From Alphaproteobacteria bacterium (GTDB taxonomy: Bacteria; Pseudomonadota; Alphaproteobacteria; SPJN01), in assembly GCA_049609145.1 (NCBI GenBank), contig JBMYYF010000007.1:9823-73822 (forward strand): a DNA stretch of 64,000 bases. Direction: 5' to 3'. The notes under the pieces were generated by a model. That model did no database searches. It saw only the letters and a list, made by a program, of their open reading frames with translations, and was not told the origin of the DNA. Both the position numbers and the translations under genes were made by a program. Position 1 is the stretch's first letter; every line of letters starts with the position of its first letter. This document shows, piece by piece, positions 27,545 through 37,773 of the stretch.

Positions 27545-30500
27545 TTAAAAGGCGCTGTCGGCGGCAACTTCATCTTGCGCGTCGGCGGCCAGCCCTTTGT
27601 TGGTCACGCCGAAATCATCCAAGATGGTGAAGAAGGCGGGCACTACAAACAGCACCAAAATTGTTGCGGCAGTTAAACCGAAGGCGATGGATGTCACCAG
27701 CGGGATAATGATCTGCGCCTGCAAGCTGGTTTCCGTCAAAATTGGTAACAATCCTGCCACTGTGGTGGCAGATGTTAGCAGCACAGCGCGGAAACGATCA
27801 CGGCTGGCCTGCGCGGCGGCTTCGGCCACAGGCAATCCCTCTGCGCGGCGAATGCGGATGAACGTTACCAGCAGGATCGAGTTGTTCACCACCACACCCG
27901 CCAAACTGGTAAAGCCGACAAAGCTTGGCATGGTCAGGTTCATGCCCAATACCAAATGGCCGATCATGACCCCGATAAAGCTGAACGGGATGATAAACAT
28001 CACCACAATCGGTTCCAGATAGTTGCGGAACTGGAAGGCCAGTAGAAGGTAAACGGCAAACAGGCCCAGTAGAAAACCCTGCCCGATAGAGGCACCGGTT
28101 TCGGCGGCTTCTTCTGACGCCCCCGCAGATTGGATGGAAAGGCCGGGATAGCGCTCCAACAAGGCAGGCACCATTTTTTCGAAGCTGTCGCCTGTGACTT
28201 CTGCGGCATTTGTCTTGCCGGAAACATAGGCGGTAACGGTAATGGAGCGATTGCCATCAATCCGGCGGATCATGGCGTCCCCCCTGCGCTCCGTCACATT
28301 GGCCACGGCACTAAGCGGTATTTGCGCGCCCGTTGGTGCATTGATCAAAAAGCCATCAAGGTTGCCAAAGCCGCTGCGATCATCATCGGACAAACGCACA
28401 TCGATTTCATAGCTTTCATTGCCCGATTGAAATTGCAAAGCGGTAGAGCCGTAATAGGCCCCGCGCAATTGGCGCGCGATATCTGATGCGCTAAGGCCAA
28501 GACTGGTGGCCCCTTCCTTCAAGGTTAGGGCATATTCCGGCTTGCCGGGACGAATATTATCCCCCACATCTACCACGCCATCATAGCCGCGCAACCATTC
28601 CTGCAACTCGTCAGAGGCGGCGTTCAAAATGGCAGTTGAATTGGCGCCTGTGGCGGTTAGGCGAAACCCGATATCCGCGCCACCGGGGCCTGGTTCCATG
28701 CTGCGGAAGGTGAGGGATTCAATGCCGGGCATATCCGGCAGTTCTTCGCGGAAAGCAGCCTCAAACGCTTTCATGGTAACGGTGCGTTCTTCTGCGGAAA
28801 CCAAATCGACAATAATGCCCGACGCATGGTTGCCGCGTTCAGACGCTGTGCGCAGGCCACCGCGCAGGCGCGCAGCATTCACAATAACATTCTCACCATT
28901 GGGTTGCGGCGAGAAGCGATCATTGGCGCGCCAAAGGGCCGCCTCGATTTGATCCATCACATATTCTGTTTCTTCAAACGGTGTGCCGCGCGGCATAATG
29001 AGATTGATCTCTGAGGTGTCGCCATCAAGCTGCGGGAACGGGGTAAACTTTACAATGCCCATCGGGATCAAGCCGATGCAGAAAATAAACAGCGCCAGCA
29101 CCGATCCCAAAAAGCCATAGCGATGGCGAATGGCAAACCGAACCATTGGCAGCAAGACATTTTCACGGAAACGGTCAATCGCATCTTCAAACTTCTGCTT
29201 GAATTCGCCCCGTTCGTTTTCGTCGTGATGTTCAAGTGAGGTTTTAAGGTGGTGGGGCAAAATCAGGAAGGCTTCTGTCAGTGAAACCGTCAGCGTCATA
29301 ATGAGGATGATTGGCACCAGCTTCAACACTTCACCGAATTCGCCCGTTAGCAAGGTGAGGGGGGCGAAGATGCACATGGTGGTCAGGTAAGACATGGCAA
29401 CACCGGGCAGCACCTGTTTGGTGCCATCAATCGCGGCATCTACAGGGGTTTTGCCTTTGGCGTGGTGGGTGGCGATATTTTCAGCAATGACAATCGCATC
29501 ATCCATCAGCAGGCCAATCCCGATAAGCAGGCCGATGACAGAGATAAGGTCGAAGCTGTAGCCAAACCAGTTCATGAAAAAGAAGGTGCCGGCAAAGCTG
29601 ACCGGCAACCCCATGGCTACCCACACTGAATAGCGCAGTGAGAAAAACAGCCACATGGTGAGGAATACCAGCAACAAGCCCTGCATCCCGTTTTTGGTGA
29701 GCATGGTTAGACGATCGTCTATCAGCGATGCGGCGTTAAAGGTCGTGCGTAGCTGCATACCGTCTGGTAACTGCGCGCGTTCTTGATCCAAAAACCCATA
29801 GACACTTTCGAGGACAGTAAGTGAATCATCCTCACGGGACTTGTTGACGAACAGGATAGCTCCGCGTTCGCCGTTGATTGTCATATTTGTGTTGGATGAC
29901 GAAAAACCATCGGAAATTTCGGCAATATCCCCTAAACGCACCTCGCCACCCATCGTATCGGATTTCAGTATCACGTCTTCCAAGGGACGCGCGCCATGGC
30001 GTTCATCGGAGAAGCGCAGCAGAATTTCCTTGTCGCGGGTTTCCATCAAACCGGCGGGAATTTCAATATTTTGCGCTTCAATCGCGCGGGACACCTGATC
30101 GGCTGAAAGGCCCAGCGCCTGCATGGCGCGGCGGTCTATCGCTACGCGAATTTGCCGTTCCGAAAAGCCTGCCATATCCACCTTGGCGATGGTTGGCATT
30201 AGCGTCATACGCTCGCGCAAATCTTCCACATAGGCTTTCAGACCTGTGCTTTCGGGAATGCCGGTCACCAAAATGGCAACCACATGGGTGGCGCGGTCTG
30301 ATTGATAAATACGGGGACGTTCAACGATTTCGGGAAAATCTGTGATGCTATCGACTGCGGATTGCACATCATTGGTGAAGCGATCAATATCGGTGCGGGG
30401 CTGGGTGCGCACGATAATGAAGGCGCTGCCTTCCTGTGCTTCGCAAATGGTTTGTTTGCGATCCATGACGCTGGCGACGGCCTGTTCCACCCGCAGGCAA

Positions 30501-30682
30501 ACGGCAGTTTCCACCTCCTCGGCTGCAGCGCCGGGATAGGGAATGCCCATATATACACTATCAATGGCAACATCAGGGAAGGTGGCGCGGCCAATTTCCG
30601 GCAAGGCCGTAAGCCCCAAGGCCAGCCACATCAACATCATGATGTTGGCGGCTGTGGGATGACGAGCAAAAAAGCCGATCAC
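27545..30682 (-). CDS. efflux RND transporter permease subunit (AcrB/HAE family, 1045 aa)
   Basis: 12-TM RND architecture with two large periplasmic loops; typical size and composition of AcrB-like proteins. Confidence 0.85.
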   Translation of the reverse strand: MIGFFARHPTAANIMMLMWLALGLTALPEIGRATFPDVAIDSVYMGIPYPGAAAEEVETAVCLRVEQAVASVMDRKQTICEAQEGSAFIIVRTQPRTDIDRFTNDVQSAVDSITDFPEIVERPRIYQSDRATHVVAILVTGIPESTGLKAYVEDLRERMTLMPTIAKVDMAGFSERQIRVAIDRRAMQALGLSADQVSRAIEAQNIEIPAGLMETRDKEILLRFSDERHGARPLEDVILKSDTMGGEVRLGDIAEISDGFSSSNTNMTINGERGAILFVNKSREDDSLTVLESVYGFLDQERAQLPDGMQLRTTFNAASLIDDRLTMLTKNGMQGLLLVFLTMWLFFSLRYSVWVAMGLPVSFAGTFFFMNWFGYSFDLISVIGLLIGIGLLMDDAIVIAENIATHHAKGKTPVDAAIDGTKQVLPGVAMSYLTTMCIFAPLTLLTGEFGEVLKLVPIILIMTLTVSLTEAFLILPHHLKTSLEHHDENERGEFKQKFEDAIDRFRENVLLPMVRFAIRHRYGFLGSVLALFIFCIGLIPMGIVKFTPFPQLDGDTSEINLIMPRGTPFEETEYVMDQIEAALWRANDRFSPQPNGENVIVNAARLRGGLRTASERGNHASGIIVDLVSAEERTVTMKAFEAAFREELPDMPGIESLTFRSMEPGPGGADIGFRLTATGANSTAILNAASDELQEWLRGYDGVVDVGDNIRPGKPEYALTLKEGATSLGLSASDIARQLRGAYYGSTALQFQSGNESYEIDVRLSDDDRSGFGNLDGFLINAPTGAQIPLSAVANVTERRGDAMIRRIDGNRSITVTAYVSGKTNAAEVTGDSFEKMVPALLERYPGLSIQSAGASEEAAETGASIGQGFLLGLFAVYLLLAFQFRNYLEPIVVMFIIPFSFIGVMIGHLVLGMNLTMPSFVGFTSLAGVVVNNSILLVTFIRIRRAEGLPVAEAAAQASRDRFRAVLLTSATTVAGLLPILTETSLQAQIIIPLVTSIAFGLTAATILVLFVVPAFFTILDDFGVTNKGLAADAQDEVAADSAF

Positions 30683-32145
30683 GGCGTGGCACCTGTGTTG
30701 GCACTAATGGTGTTTGGCGCTTCGGCTACGGGCAAGGGCGCACTTATGCCGGTTGCTTCCGCCTTGAGGCGGAACAGCAAGGCCGGATCTGTTTCAACCC
30801 GCAGCCGCAATCCGTCAATCGGTGGTTGGGGCGGTGCTACGACAACGCGTTCACCTTCGTTCAAGCCACTTTGGATGGTGGCGAAGGCCCCTTGTTGGCG
30901 TTTGGGTAGCACAGCGCGGCGGCGTAGACGATCTTCACTATCTGCCACAAAAATATCGAACCCTGTCGAAGTGCGCGTTAGCGCTCCGCGGGGTACAACC
31001 AGTTCGTCGGTGGCGGTGCCGCCTGCAATCTCTATTGTGGCGTAGGCGTTTTTCTGAACGGGTACATGCGCACATGTATCTGTCGCCGATAGGCTGATGA
31101 CAATGCCAGCCATGCGGCTTTGGGCATCCAGCCCTTCTGCAAGGCGTTCGGCCTTGCCCGTGCGGCACGGTGCGCTGTCGCCCAGGCCAACGCGTACCTC
31201 AAACCCGGTAACGCCGTCACTCCCTGCATTTGCCAATAGCTGGTCAAGTTGGGAGACTGAAAGCCGTGCAATGGCCTCGAAACGATCTCGACTATCTGCA
31301 ACCAACAAGGGTTCGCCTGCGCGCACGACCTCATCCAGCTCTGCATTGACGGCGGCGATGCGAGCGTCGAACGGCAGGGTGATGTGCGTGCGCTCAAGCT
31401 CCAGCGCCGCTTTTTGGGCTTGTGCATCTGCCAAGGATAACCGCGCTTCAAGCGCTTTATGTTGCGCGGGCAGGGCGTCATATTGCGCCTCGATCTGGCG
31501 AAGGGCTTGTTCAGCCTGCAATAAGGCGCGCTCGGCCTGTTCGATGGCGGCGGCGGAAATGGTCCCATCCCGCTTTAATTTGCGTTTGCGTACCAAATCT
31601 TTTTTTGCCAGCGCGTAGGAGCGTGTTTCGATTTTGTGACTGGCGGTGATGCTTTTTTCACGCGCCTTCAATTCCAGCCGTTCGGCTTCTGCCGCCTGTT
31701 TGTCAGCGTTTGCGCGTTGAGCCGCAATTTCATAATCCTGCGGGTCGATCCGCAGCAGGGTCGTGCCCGCAGGCACCAGGGCACCAATTTCCAGATTGGG
31801 GTGGCGTTCAACTACGCGCCCTGAAACCTGTGCTACCGCCCGCCAGGAGCGTGCTGGGCGCAGTGTGCCATAGGCGGTGATGCGTGGCTGAACAGCCATG
31901 ATTGTGGCCGGTACAATTCTGACATGGGCGGTGCGTTCTTCGGGGGCGGCGCGTTCGGGCGGCGTGCGCAGCGCGGATGCGGCGATGACCGCAGCAATAG
32001 CCAACCCCACAGGCACAATAAAGGTCGCCCGGCGAAACAATCCGGCGGGTTTTTCATCACTGAGCGCCGCGCGGTTTTTGTTGGATTTCTTGCCCAAAAC
32101 ATCTGCCCCAATCTGTTGAAACACCAGCCCCGCTGTGGTGTTCAC
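30679..32145 (-). CDS. efflux RND transporter periplasmic adaptor (membrane fusion protein, HlyD family)
   Basis: N-terminal TM anchor, a very long Ala/Gln/Glu-rich coiled-coil hairpin, C-terminal beta domains. Stop overlaps the RND permease start. Confidence 0.8.
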   Translation of the reverse strand: MNTTAGLVFQQIGADVLGKKSNKNRAALSDEKPAGLFRRATFIVPVGLAIAAVIAASALRTPPERAAPEERTAHVRIVPATIMAVQPRITAYGTLRPARSWRAVAQVSGRVVERHPNLEIGALVPAGTTLLRIDPQDYEIAAQRANADKQAAEAERLELKAREKSITASHKIETRSYALAKKDLVRKRKLKRDGTISAAAIEQAERALLQAEQALRQIEAQYDALPAQHKALEARLSLADAQAQKAALELERTHITLPFDARIAAVNAELDEVVRAGEPLLVADSRDRFEAIARLSVSQLDQLLANAGSDGVTGFEVRVGLGDSAPCRTGKAERLAEGLDAQSRMAGIVISLSATDTCAHVPVQKNAYATIEIAGGTATDELVVPRGALTRTSTGFDIFVADSEDRLRRRAVLPKRQQGAFATIQSGLNEGERVVVAPPQPPIDGLRLRVETDPALLFRLKAEATGISAPLPVAEAPNTISANTGATP

Positions 32146-32213
32146 CCTTTAACGGTTATCATTGCCTGATCCGTCGTTTGGTCAATGGGCAATATGCGCA
32201 CGGCGTTGCTGTT

Positions 32214-33341
32214 TTAGGGCATTTCGTTCGGCCAAACGGCTGAAAACCCGGTCAGGGCGCGGTTGACGACCTCGAAAGTGCGATCCGTGACGGCCTGTGT
32301 CCAACTTATCTCATCGGGTCTGAAAGCTGCTCTGATTTGTTGTTTGATGGCAGGGGCGGCCCGCCCTTGCAGATCGCCGTGCATGTGCAGCCAATTGTCG
32401 GCCTGCAAGGCAGCAAAAACATGTTTCTGTGGCACAGTGCCAAATTCTAGCGCTGTAAAAAGCACTTTGTCGGCCCCCAAAGCCGCATGAACAGCAAAGT
32501 CCATCGGGCCTTGTAAGGCAGCAGACACGCTGTCACCACTTGTCGTACTGGCAACACCCTTGCCGAATATGGCGCGTGCCAGCGCAGCCATGGGGGCGGT
32601 GTCGGGTATTTCGAGGATGAGCTCCCCAATGCCAAATGGCCCAAGGCCGGTGTGAATATCAATGAAGATGGTTTTTTGAAGGGAAGCAGGCAGATCGTCC
32701 AAAATGTTGCGCAGGGTGCGGTTCGACCATTCAGGTGCGGTGCCGCCATAGAAGACCCCCATGGGTTCAACATATTGACCGCTGGATAAGGCAGCTTGCA
32801 GGGCGGCGGGGCCATGTTTTTTTGCATAGGCGCGCATGGCGGCGCGCGCGGCGGCCTGTGTTTCATCCGTCCAGTGTGGGGGGCACACCATATCGTGCAA
32901 ATGCAGATAGTGTGGGTTTTTCGGCGGGTTTTGGAAGCTGGGCAGAAAGTTGCGGTTCAGGTCCACATTGTTTTCATTTACCCGGCGATCATGGGCAAAC
33001 CCCCAAGGATTTACTGCGTGGATCATGAGGGTGGCGGTGTTGGCTGGCAGTAAATCGGGCAATTGATCCAGCAAGGCTGTTTGCCCCAGCGAGCCTGCAC
33101 CTCCCTCTACCCCATGGGTGCCGCTGGAGATGATGAGCAAGTGCGCAGGATTTGGCGGGCCGATCCACGCGCAATCTGTTGCCAGAACCTCTCCGGCGGG
33201 ACCGAAAAGTGTATGCGGATGTGCTTTAAGGGTGGCACCTGCTGCCTTGGCGGTATTTAGAAACGTGTCGCGTGCTGTTGCGTAATCGGCAGGCAGCCTT
33301 GTTGATTTCGGAGTTTTCAGTTTGGGCATGGAAACCCCCAA
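32214..33341 (-). CDS. M14-like zinc carboxypeptidase-fold protein (DUF2817 / MpaA-like gamma-D-Glu-DAP amidase family)
   Basis: 'IISSGTHGVEGGAG' and 'IDIHTGLGPFG' resemble the zinc-ligand HxxE and downstream H motifs of succinylglutamate-desuccinylase/MpaA-like enzymes. Start overlaps the epimerase gene. Confidence 0.6.
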   Translation of the reverse strand: MGVSMPKLKTPKSTRLPADYATARDTFLNTAKAAGATLKAHPHTLFGPAGEVLATDCAWIGPPNPAHLLIISSGTHGVEGGAGSLGQTALLDQLPDLLPANTATLMIHAVNPWGFAHDRRVNENNVDLNRNFLPSFQNPPKNPHYLHLHDMVCPPHWTDETQAAARAAMRAYAKKHGPAALQAALSSGQYVEPMGVFYGGTAPEWSNRTLRNILDDLPASLQKTIFIDIHTGLGPFGIGELILEIPDTAPMAALARAIFGKGVASTTSGDSVSAALQGPMDFAVHAALGADKVLFTALEFGTVPQKHVFAALQADNWLHMHGDLQGRAAPAIKQQIRAAFRPDEISWTQAVTDRTFEVVNRALTGFSAVWPNEMP

Positions 33342-34282
33342 AGATTGGGTGACGCAGGGGGGATCATCGCGCCGTTATATGTCAGCCCATGGGGGCAATC
33401 TTCGACCAAAAAAAGCGGGCCATCAAGATCGACGAAATCTGCGAAAGATGCCAGGAGAAGCGCGGGGGCCATGGCCCGGGATGATGCCACCATGCAGCCA
33501 ATCATGATGCTAAAGCCATCGGCCTTGGCAGCCTTTGCCAGCGATAGGGCAGGTGATAGTCCGCCAGCCTTGTCCAGCTTGATGTTTACGGCGTCATATA
33601 ATGGTTTTAGGCGTGGCAAGTCATCAACAGTGTGCACGCTTTCATCGGCGCAAAAGGGAATGGTGCCCCGTAAACTTGCCAGGGTGTCATCTTTGCCTGC
33701 GGGCAATGGCTGCTCAACGAGGGCGATATTTGCCTGTACCAAATCAGGCAATAGCTTTTCCAACGATGAGATTGTGAACCCCTCATTGCCATCAAGAATA
33801 AGCTGTGGTGCCGGGGCTTGATCCCGCACAGCTTTTAAACGATCGCCATCCATACCGTCTCCGGCCAGCTTGAGTTTAAGCAGGGGAAATTTCGCCAGAC
33901 GTTTTGCTTCAACCGCCATTTCTGTGGGGGCGGCTAGAGAAAGGGTCACAGCCGTTTGAACAGGTGTTGGCTCTGGTAGGTTCAGTTGCTGCCAAACGGG
34001 TTTGTTATTGAGCTTGGCTTGCAAATCCCATTTTGCGCAGTCTACCGCATTGGCAGCGGCCCCGGTAAGGAGGGGCGCGCCGTTGTTGATAGCGTTCAGA
34101 ACACTGGCGACATTTTCACCATAGCGCGCATAGGGCGTTGCCTCGCCATAGCCGCTGTAACCGGTGGCAGGGTCTGTGACGTTGGCGATTATGCTGTGCG
34201 CGTGCGTTTTTGCCCCGCGGGCAATGCGGAACGCGCTCTTAAGGGGAAACTTGTGATCTGTGGCGGTAATGTCCCAGACCAT
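33317..34282 (-). CDS. dipeptide epimerase (L-Ala-D/L-Glu epimerase-like), enolase superfamily MR/MLE subgroup
   Basis: 'LKLKLAG', 'LILDGNEGF' and 'VEQPLP' around the KxK ... D ... E ... D metal ligands; 'KLDKAGG' catalytic lysine region. Confidence 0.7.
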   Translation of the reverse strand: MVWDITATDHKFPLKSAFRIARGAKTHAHSIIANVTDPATGYSGYGEATPYARYGENVASVLNAINNGAPLLTGAAANAVDCAKWDLQAKLNNKPVWQQLNLPEPTPVQTAVTLSLAAPTEMAVEAKRLAKFPLLKLKLAGDGMDGDRLKAVRDQAPAPQLILDGNEGFTISSLEKLLPDLVQANIALVEQPLPAGKDDTLASLRGTIPFCADESVHTVDDLPRLKPLYDAVNIKLDKAGGLSPALSLAKAAKADGFSIMIGCMVASSRAMAPALLLASFADFVDLDGPLFLVEDCPHGLTYNGAMIPPASPNLWGFPCPN

Positions 34283-34305
34283 TCGGTCCCCCTTTTCGCT
34301 TTGGC

Positions 34306-34701
34306 CTATTGTGCCTCAAATTGTTTGAGATAGGCAATCACCGCGGCGCGATCTTTTTCTTTCTTCAAGCCCACGAACGACATTTTGTTCTTGGGAATGA
34401 ACTTTTTAGGCTGAGCCAAATAGCCGTCCAGATTGGCATCATCCCAAACCAGCCCGCCTTCGCCCGCTGCGATCATGGCTTTAGAATACTTATAGCCTTC
34501 GACAGCACCGGCTTTGCGACCGGCAACGCCATTTAGAACAGGGCCGACGGTGTTTTTCGCCTTTTCGCCAACTTGGTGGCAGGCTTTGCATTTCTTGAAC
34601 ACTTTCTCACCCTTTTTCAGCAGCGCATCGTCCGCTTGGGCTATAACTGGCTGACCAAAGGTCATGAGGCCGATGACGAGGCTGGAAAAGACAATACGCA
34701 T
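34306..34701 (-). CDS. cytochrome c family protein (c2/c550-like)
   Basis: Start at ATG 34701-34699 (AAGGAG SD 7 nt upstream). Signal peptide MRIVFSSLVIGLMTFGQPVIAQA; heme-binding 'CKACH'; distal Met in 'PKNKMSFVGL'. Confidence 0.75.
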   Translation of the reverse strand: MRIVFSSLVIGLMTFGQPVIAQADDALLKKGEKVFKKCKACHQVGEKAKNTVGPVLNGVAGRKAGAVEGYKYSKAMIAAGEGGLVWDDANLDGYLAQPKKFIPKNKMSFVGLKKEKDRAAVIAYLKQFEAQ

Positions 34702-34855
34702 GAGAAAGCTCCTTGAACGGGTGCGATGTAAGTGGGCGCAGCTTGTGGGCATTGCCGTGTCTCTCACAGATCGCGATTTGCCGCATTTGCTGTGCAAAGG
34801 GTCGCGTTTCGGTGATCACGAAGGTTGAGCCGTTGCTGCGAACCCGATATAGATT

Positions 34856-36028
34856 ATGGCTTATCGCACGACTTTGGCACAAAAGGGGCAATCATCCGTG
34901 TCGGACCACATTTGGCAGGACTACGACGGGGATGATGATGTGCCCAACCTTGCTGATGGGGTTGTGGTAAACGGTGTTGCACAGGGCGGGTGGACCGTTG
35001 GTCGTGCTGCCGCTTTGGAAGCCGCCCTTGGCCAGCACCAAGGCTCACTTAATTTGTCCGAGGTTCAGGCTCTGGACACCACCGGAGCTTATCTGTTGCT
35101 CAAAGCGAAAGCTGCCGGCATTGAATTGACAGGTGTGCAGCCAGCCCATAGCAAGTTGATAGAGGCTGTGGCGGAACGCACGGCCTCTATGTCTGACACG
35201 CCGATAGTCCCCCCCAAAGAACGTCGCGGTGTTGTTGAATTTGTTGAAGATACGGGTGTCTGGGCGCTGGAAAATTTGCAGCAGGGCGCTGCAATCCTTG
35301 GATTTTTGGGGTTTGTGATCGAGCGTTTCGGGCGCCTGGCGTTGAACCCGGCCCGGTTTCGTCTGACCAGTACGGTGCATCACATGCAGCAGATTGGCTT
35401 GAATGCGGTGCCGATCATTTTGTTGATGTCGTTTCTGATTGGCATTGTGCTGGCCTATCAGGGCGCGTTTCAGCTTCGGCAATTCGGGGCCGAGATTTTT
35501 GTGGTCGATTTGCTGACCCTGTCGGTATTGCGAGAGCTGGGCGTTTTGCTAACGGCGATCATGGTGGCGGGGCGTTCTGGCAGCGCCTTTACTGCCGAGA
35601 TCGGCTCCATGAAGGTGCGCGAAGAGATTGACGCCATGCGCACAATGGGGATTGAGCCGGTGGATGTGCTGGTGCTACCGCGCCTTGTGGCATTGCTCAT
35701 CATGTTGCCGATACTGGGTTTTTTGGCTGATCTGGCCGGGCTGGTGGGCGGTGCCTTGATGGCATGGAATGTGCTGGACATTACACCCGGTGCGTTTATT
35801 GCGCGCTTTCAGGATGCCGCAACGGCAGCGCATTTTTGGACAGGTATTGCCAAGGCACCGTTCTTTGCGCTGATCATCGCCTTGGTCGGTTGTTATGAAG
35901 GTTTGCAAGTTGAAGGAAGTGCCGAAAGCGTGGGCCGTCAAACTACGCGCTCGGTGGTCGAGTCTATCTTTCTTGTGATTGTGGCCGATGGCGTGTTCTC
36001 TGTCTTCTTTGCGTTGATGGGGCTTTGA
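34856..36028 (+). CDS. MlaE-family ABC permease with a fused N-terminal STAS (MlaB-like) domain
   Basis: Residues ~40-110 ('GWTVGRAAALEAALGQHQGSLNLSEVQALDTTGAYLLLKAKAAGIEL') look like an anti-sigma-antagonist/STAS domain. The C-terminal 260 aa carry the MlaE/YrbE permease TM pattern. Confidence 0.75.
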   Translation: MAYRTTLAQKGQSSVSDHIWQDYDGDDDVPNLADGVVVNGVAQGGWTVGRAAALEAALGQHQGSLNLSEVQALDTTGAYLLLKAKAAGIELTGVQPAHSKLIEAVAERTASMSDTPIVPPKERRGVVEFVEDTGVWALENLQQGAAILGFLGFVIERFGRLALNPARFRLTSTVHHMQQIGLNAVPIILLMSFLIGIVLAYQGAFQLRQFGAEIFVVDLLTLSVLRELGVLLTAIMVAGRSGSAFTAEIGSMKVREEIDAMRTMGIEPVDVLVLPRLVALLIMLPILGFLADLAGLVGGALMAWNVLDITPGAFIARFQDAATAAHFWTGIAKAPFFALIIALVGCYEGLQVEGSAESVGRQTTRSVVESIFLVIVADGVFSVFFALMGL

Positions 36029-36819
36029 GGATGGAAAGTGTAAACGACAACACCATCATTGAAGTTAGGGGCCTGAAAACTGCCTTTGGGCCGCAAGTCA
36101 TTCATGACGACCTGAACCTTGATGTATATCGTAGTGAAATTTTGGGGATTGTTGGCGGGTCCGGCACAGGTAAATCCGTGTTGCTGCGCACCATATTGGG
36201 GCTCAATAATGCCGTTGCCGGGGGTATCTCATTGTTTGGAAAGCAGCTTAATCTGCATGAAAATGCCAAGCATGACGGTACGCTGGAACGGCGCACGGGG
36301 GTACTGTTTCAAGATGGTGCCCTGTTCTCATCACTAACAGTTGCCGAAAATATTGAAGTGCCGCTTAAGCAGCATCTGGATTTGCCGCCCAAATTGCGGC
36401 GCGAAATTGCTGAATTGAAAATTGCACTGGTGGGGTTAGCCCCGGAAGCGGCCGACAAATATCCCTCGGAGCTGTCGGGCGGTATGCGCAAACGTGCAGG
36501 TCTGGCACGGGCGTTGGTGCTGGACCCTGAGATCGTTTTTTTGGATGAGCCAACGGCGGGTCTTGACCCCATTGGCGCAGCCGCTTTTGATAATTTGATC
36601 AAAAGCTTGAAAGACGCTTTGGGGCTGACGGTCTTTATGGTGACCCATGATCTGGACTCGCTGCACGCCATTTGCGATCGCATTGCGGTGTTGGCCGAAA
36701 AAAGAGTAATCATTGATGGTGACATGGCGGCCATGATGGAATGTGATCACCCTTGGGTGGCAGAATATTTTCGCGGGCCACGTGCGCGGGCAGCGGTAAG
36801 CGCGCAGGAAAGCGCCTAA
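36025..36819 (+). CDS. MlaF-like ABC transporter ATP-binding protein
   Basis: Walker A 'GGSGTGKS', signature 'LSGGMRKRAGLARAL', Walker B 'IVFLDEPTAGLD'. Overlaps the permease gene by 4 nt. Confidence 0.8.
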   Translation: MRMESVNDNTIIEVRGLKTAFGPQVIHDDLNLDVYRSEILGIVGGSGTGKSVLLRTILGLNNAVAGGISLFGKQLNLHENAKHDGTLERRTGVLFQDGALFSSLTVAENIEVPLKQHLDLPPKLRREIAELKIALVGLAPEAADKYPSELSGGMRKRAGLARALVLDPEIVFLDEPTAGLDPIGAAAFDNLIKSLKDALGLTVFMVTHDLDSLHAICDRIAVLAEKRVIIDGDMAAMMECDHPWVAEYFRGPRARAAVSAQESA

Positions 36820-36840
36820 GCGCGCAACGGGAGAGAAAGC

Positions 36841-37773
36841 ATGGAAACAAAAGCAAATCATGTGGTGATCGGTGCTTTCACATTGGCAACAATGTTTGGC
36901 CTGTTTGCTTTTGCGCTATGGATTGTGAAAAGCGAGATCGATCAGGAATTTGCTGAATATGATGTTTTGTTTGAAGGCGCAGTGAACGGATTGGGCAAGG
37001 CCGGGGCTGTTTCCTACAAAGGTGTGAAAGTTGGCGAGGTTGCCAGGATCGGGATCAATGCCGCGAACCCCAACCAAATCAGGGTACATTTGAAGGTGGA
37101 TGCTGCCACGCCGATCTATCGGGATTCCATCGCCAAAATTGAATATCAAGGCGTAACCGGCGTGGGGTTTGTGCAAATTTCAGGCGGCACGGCGCAAGCT
37201 GGAGAGCTGCCGCTGGACCCCGAAACCGGTTATCCTGTTATCCCGTCTGAGGATTCTGATCTGCAAGCGATCTTCGCGACCGCCCCTGAAATCATGACAC
37301 AGGTGACGGTGCTGTTGGACAAAATATCCGCGGCGGTCAGTGATGAAAACGTGGCTGCCATTGGGGAAACCATTAATAATATCAACACCATTACAGGGTC
37401 ATTCGCCAATCGCGGCCCTGAGATCGAGGCGTTGATTGCGAATGTATCGGCCATCAGCGGCGACCTGAAGGAAACCACCGCCGGTCTGTCACGGGTGATG
37501 GCCTCCATCGAAAAAGCGGCAGAAGGAGCAGATGAAACAATCAACAAGGAACTGCGCGCAACCATCACATCTGTCGGCAAATTGTCGGATGAGGTGGCGC
37601 TGGCGGTTGAGGCAGCCCGGCCTGCCATTGAAGGCTTTTCAGCTGGTGGTGCACAAGATTTGAGCCGCTTGCTGGTTGAGCTTCGCTCTGTCTCGCGCAG
37701 TCTGGACCGATTGGTCGGGCGGCTGGAAAGTGATGCGGCACAAACACTTCTAGGGGATGGGGAGACAAGATGA
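36841..37773 (+). CDS. MCE-family (MlaD-like) substrate-binding protein
   Basis: N-terminal TM helix, then MCE domain 'VLFEGAVNGLGKAGAVSYKGVKVGEVARI...IEYQGVTGVGFVQI', then a long Ala-rich helical tail. Confidence 0.75.
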   Translation: METKANHVVIGAFTLATMFGLFAFALWIVKSEIDQEFAEYDVLFEGAVNGLGKAGAVSYKGVKVGEVARIGINAANPNQIRVHLKVDAATPIYRDSIAKIEYQGVTGVGFVQISGGTAQAGELPLDPETGYPVIPSEDSDLQAIFATAPEIMTQVTVLLDKISAAVSDENVAAIGETINNINTITGSFANRGPEIEALIANVSAISGDLKETTAGLSRVMASIEKAAEGADETINKELRATITSVGKLSDEVALAVEAARPAIEGFSAGGAQDLSRLLVELRSVSRSLDRLVGRLESDAAQTLLGDGETR

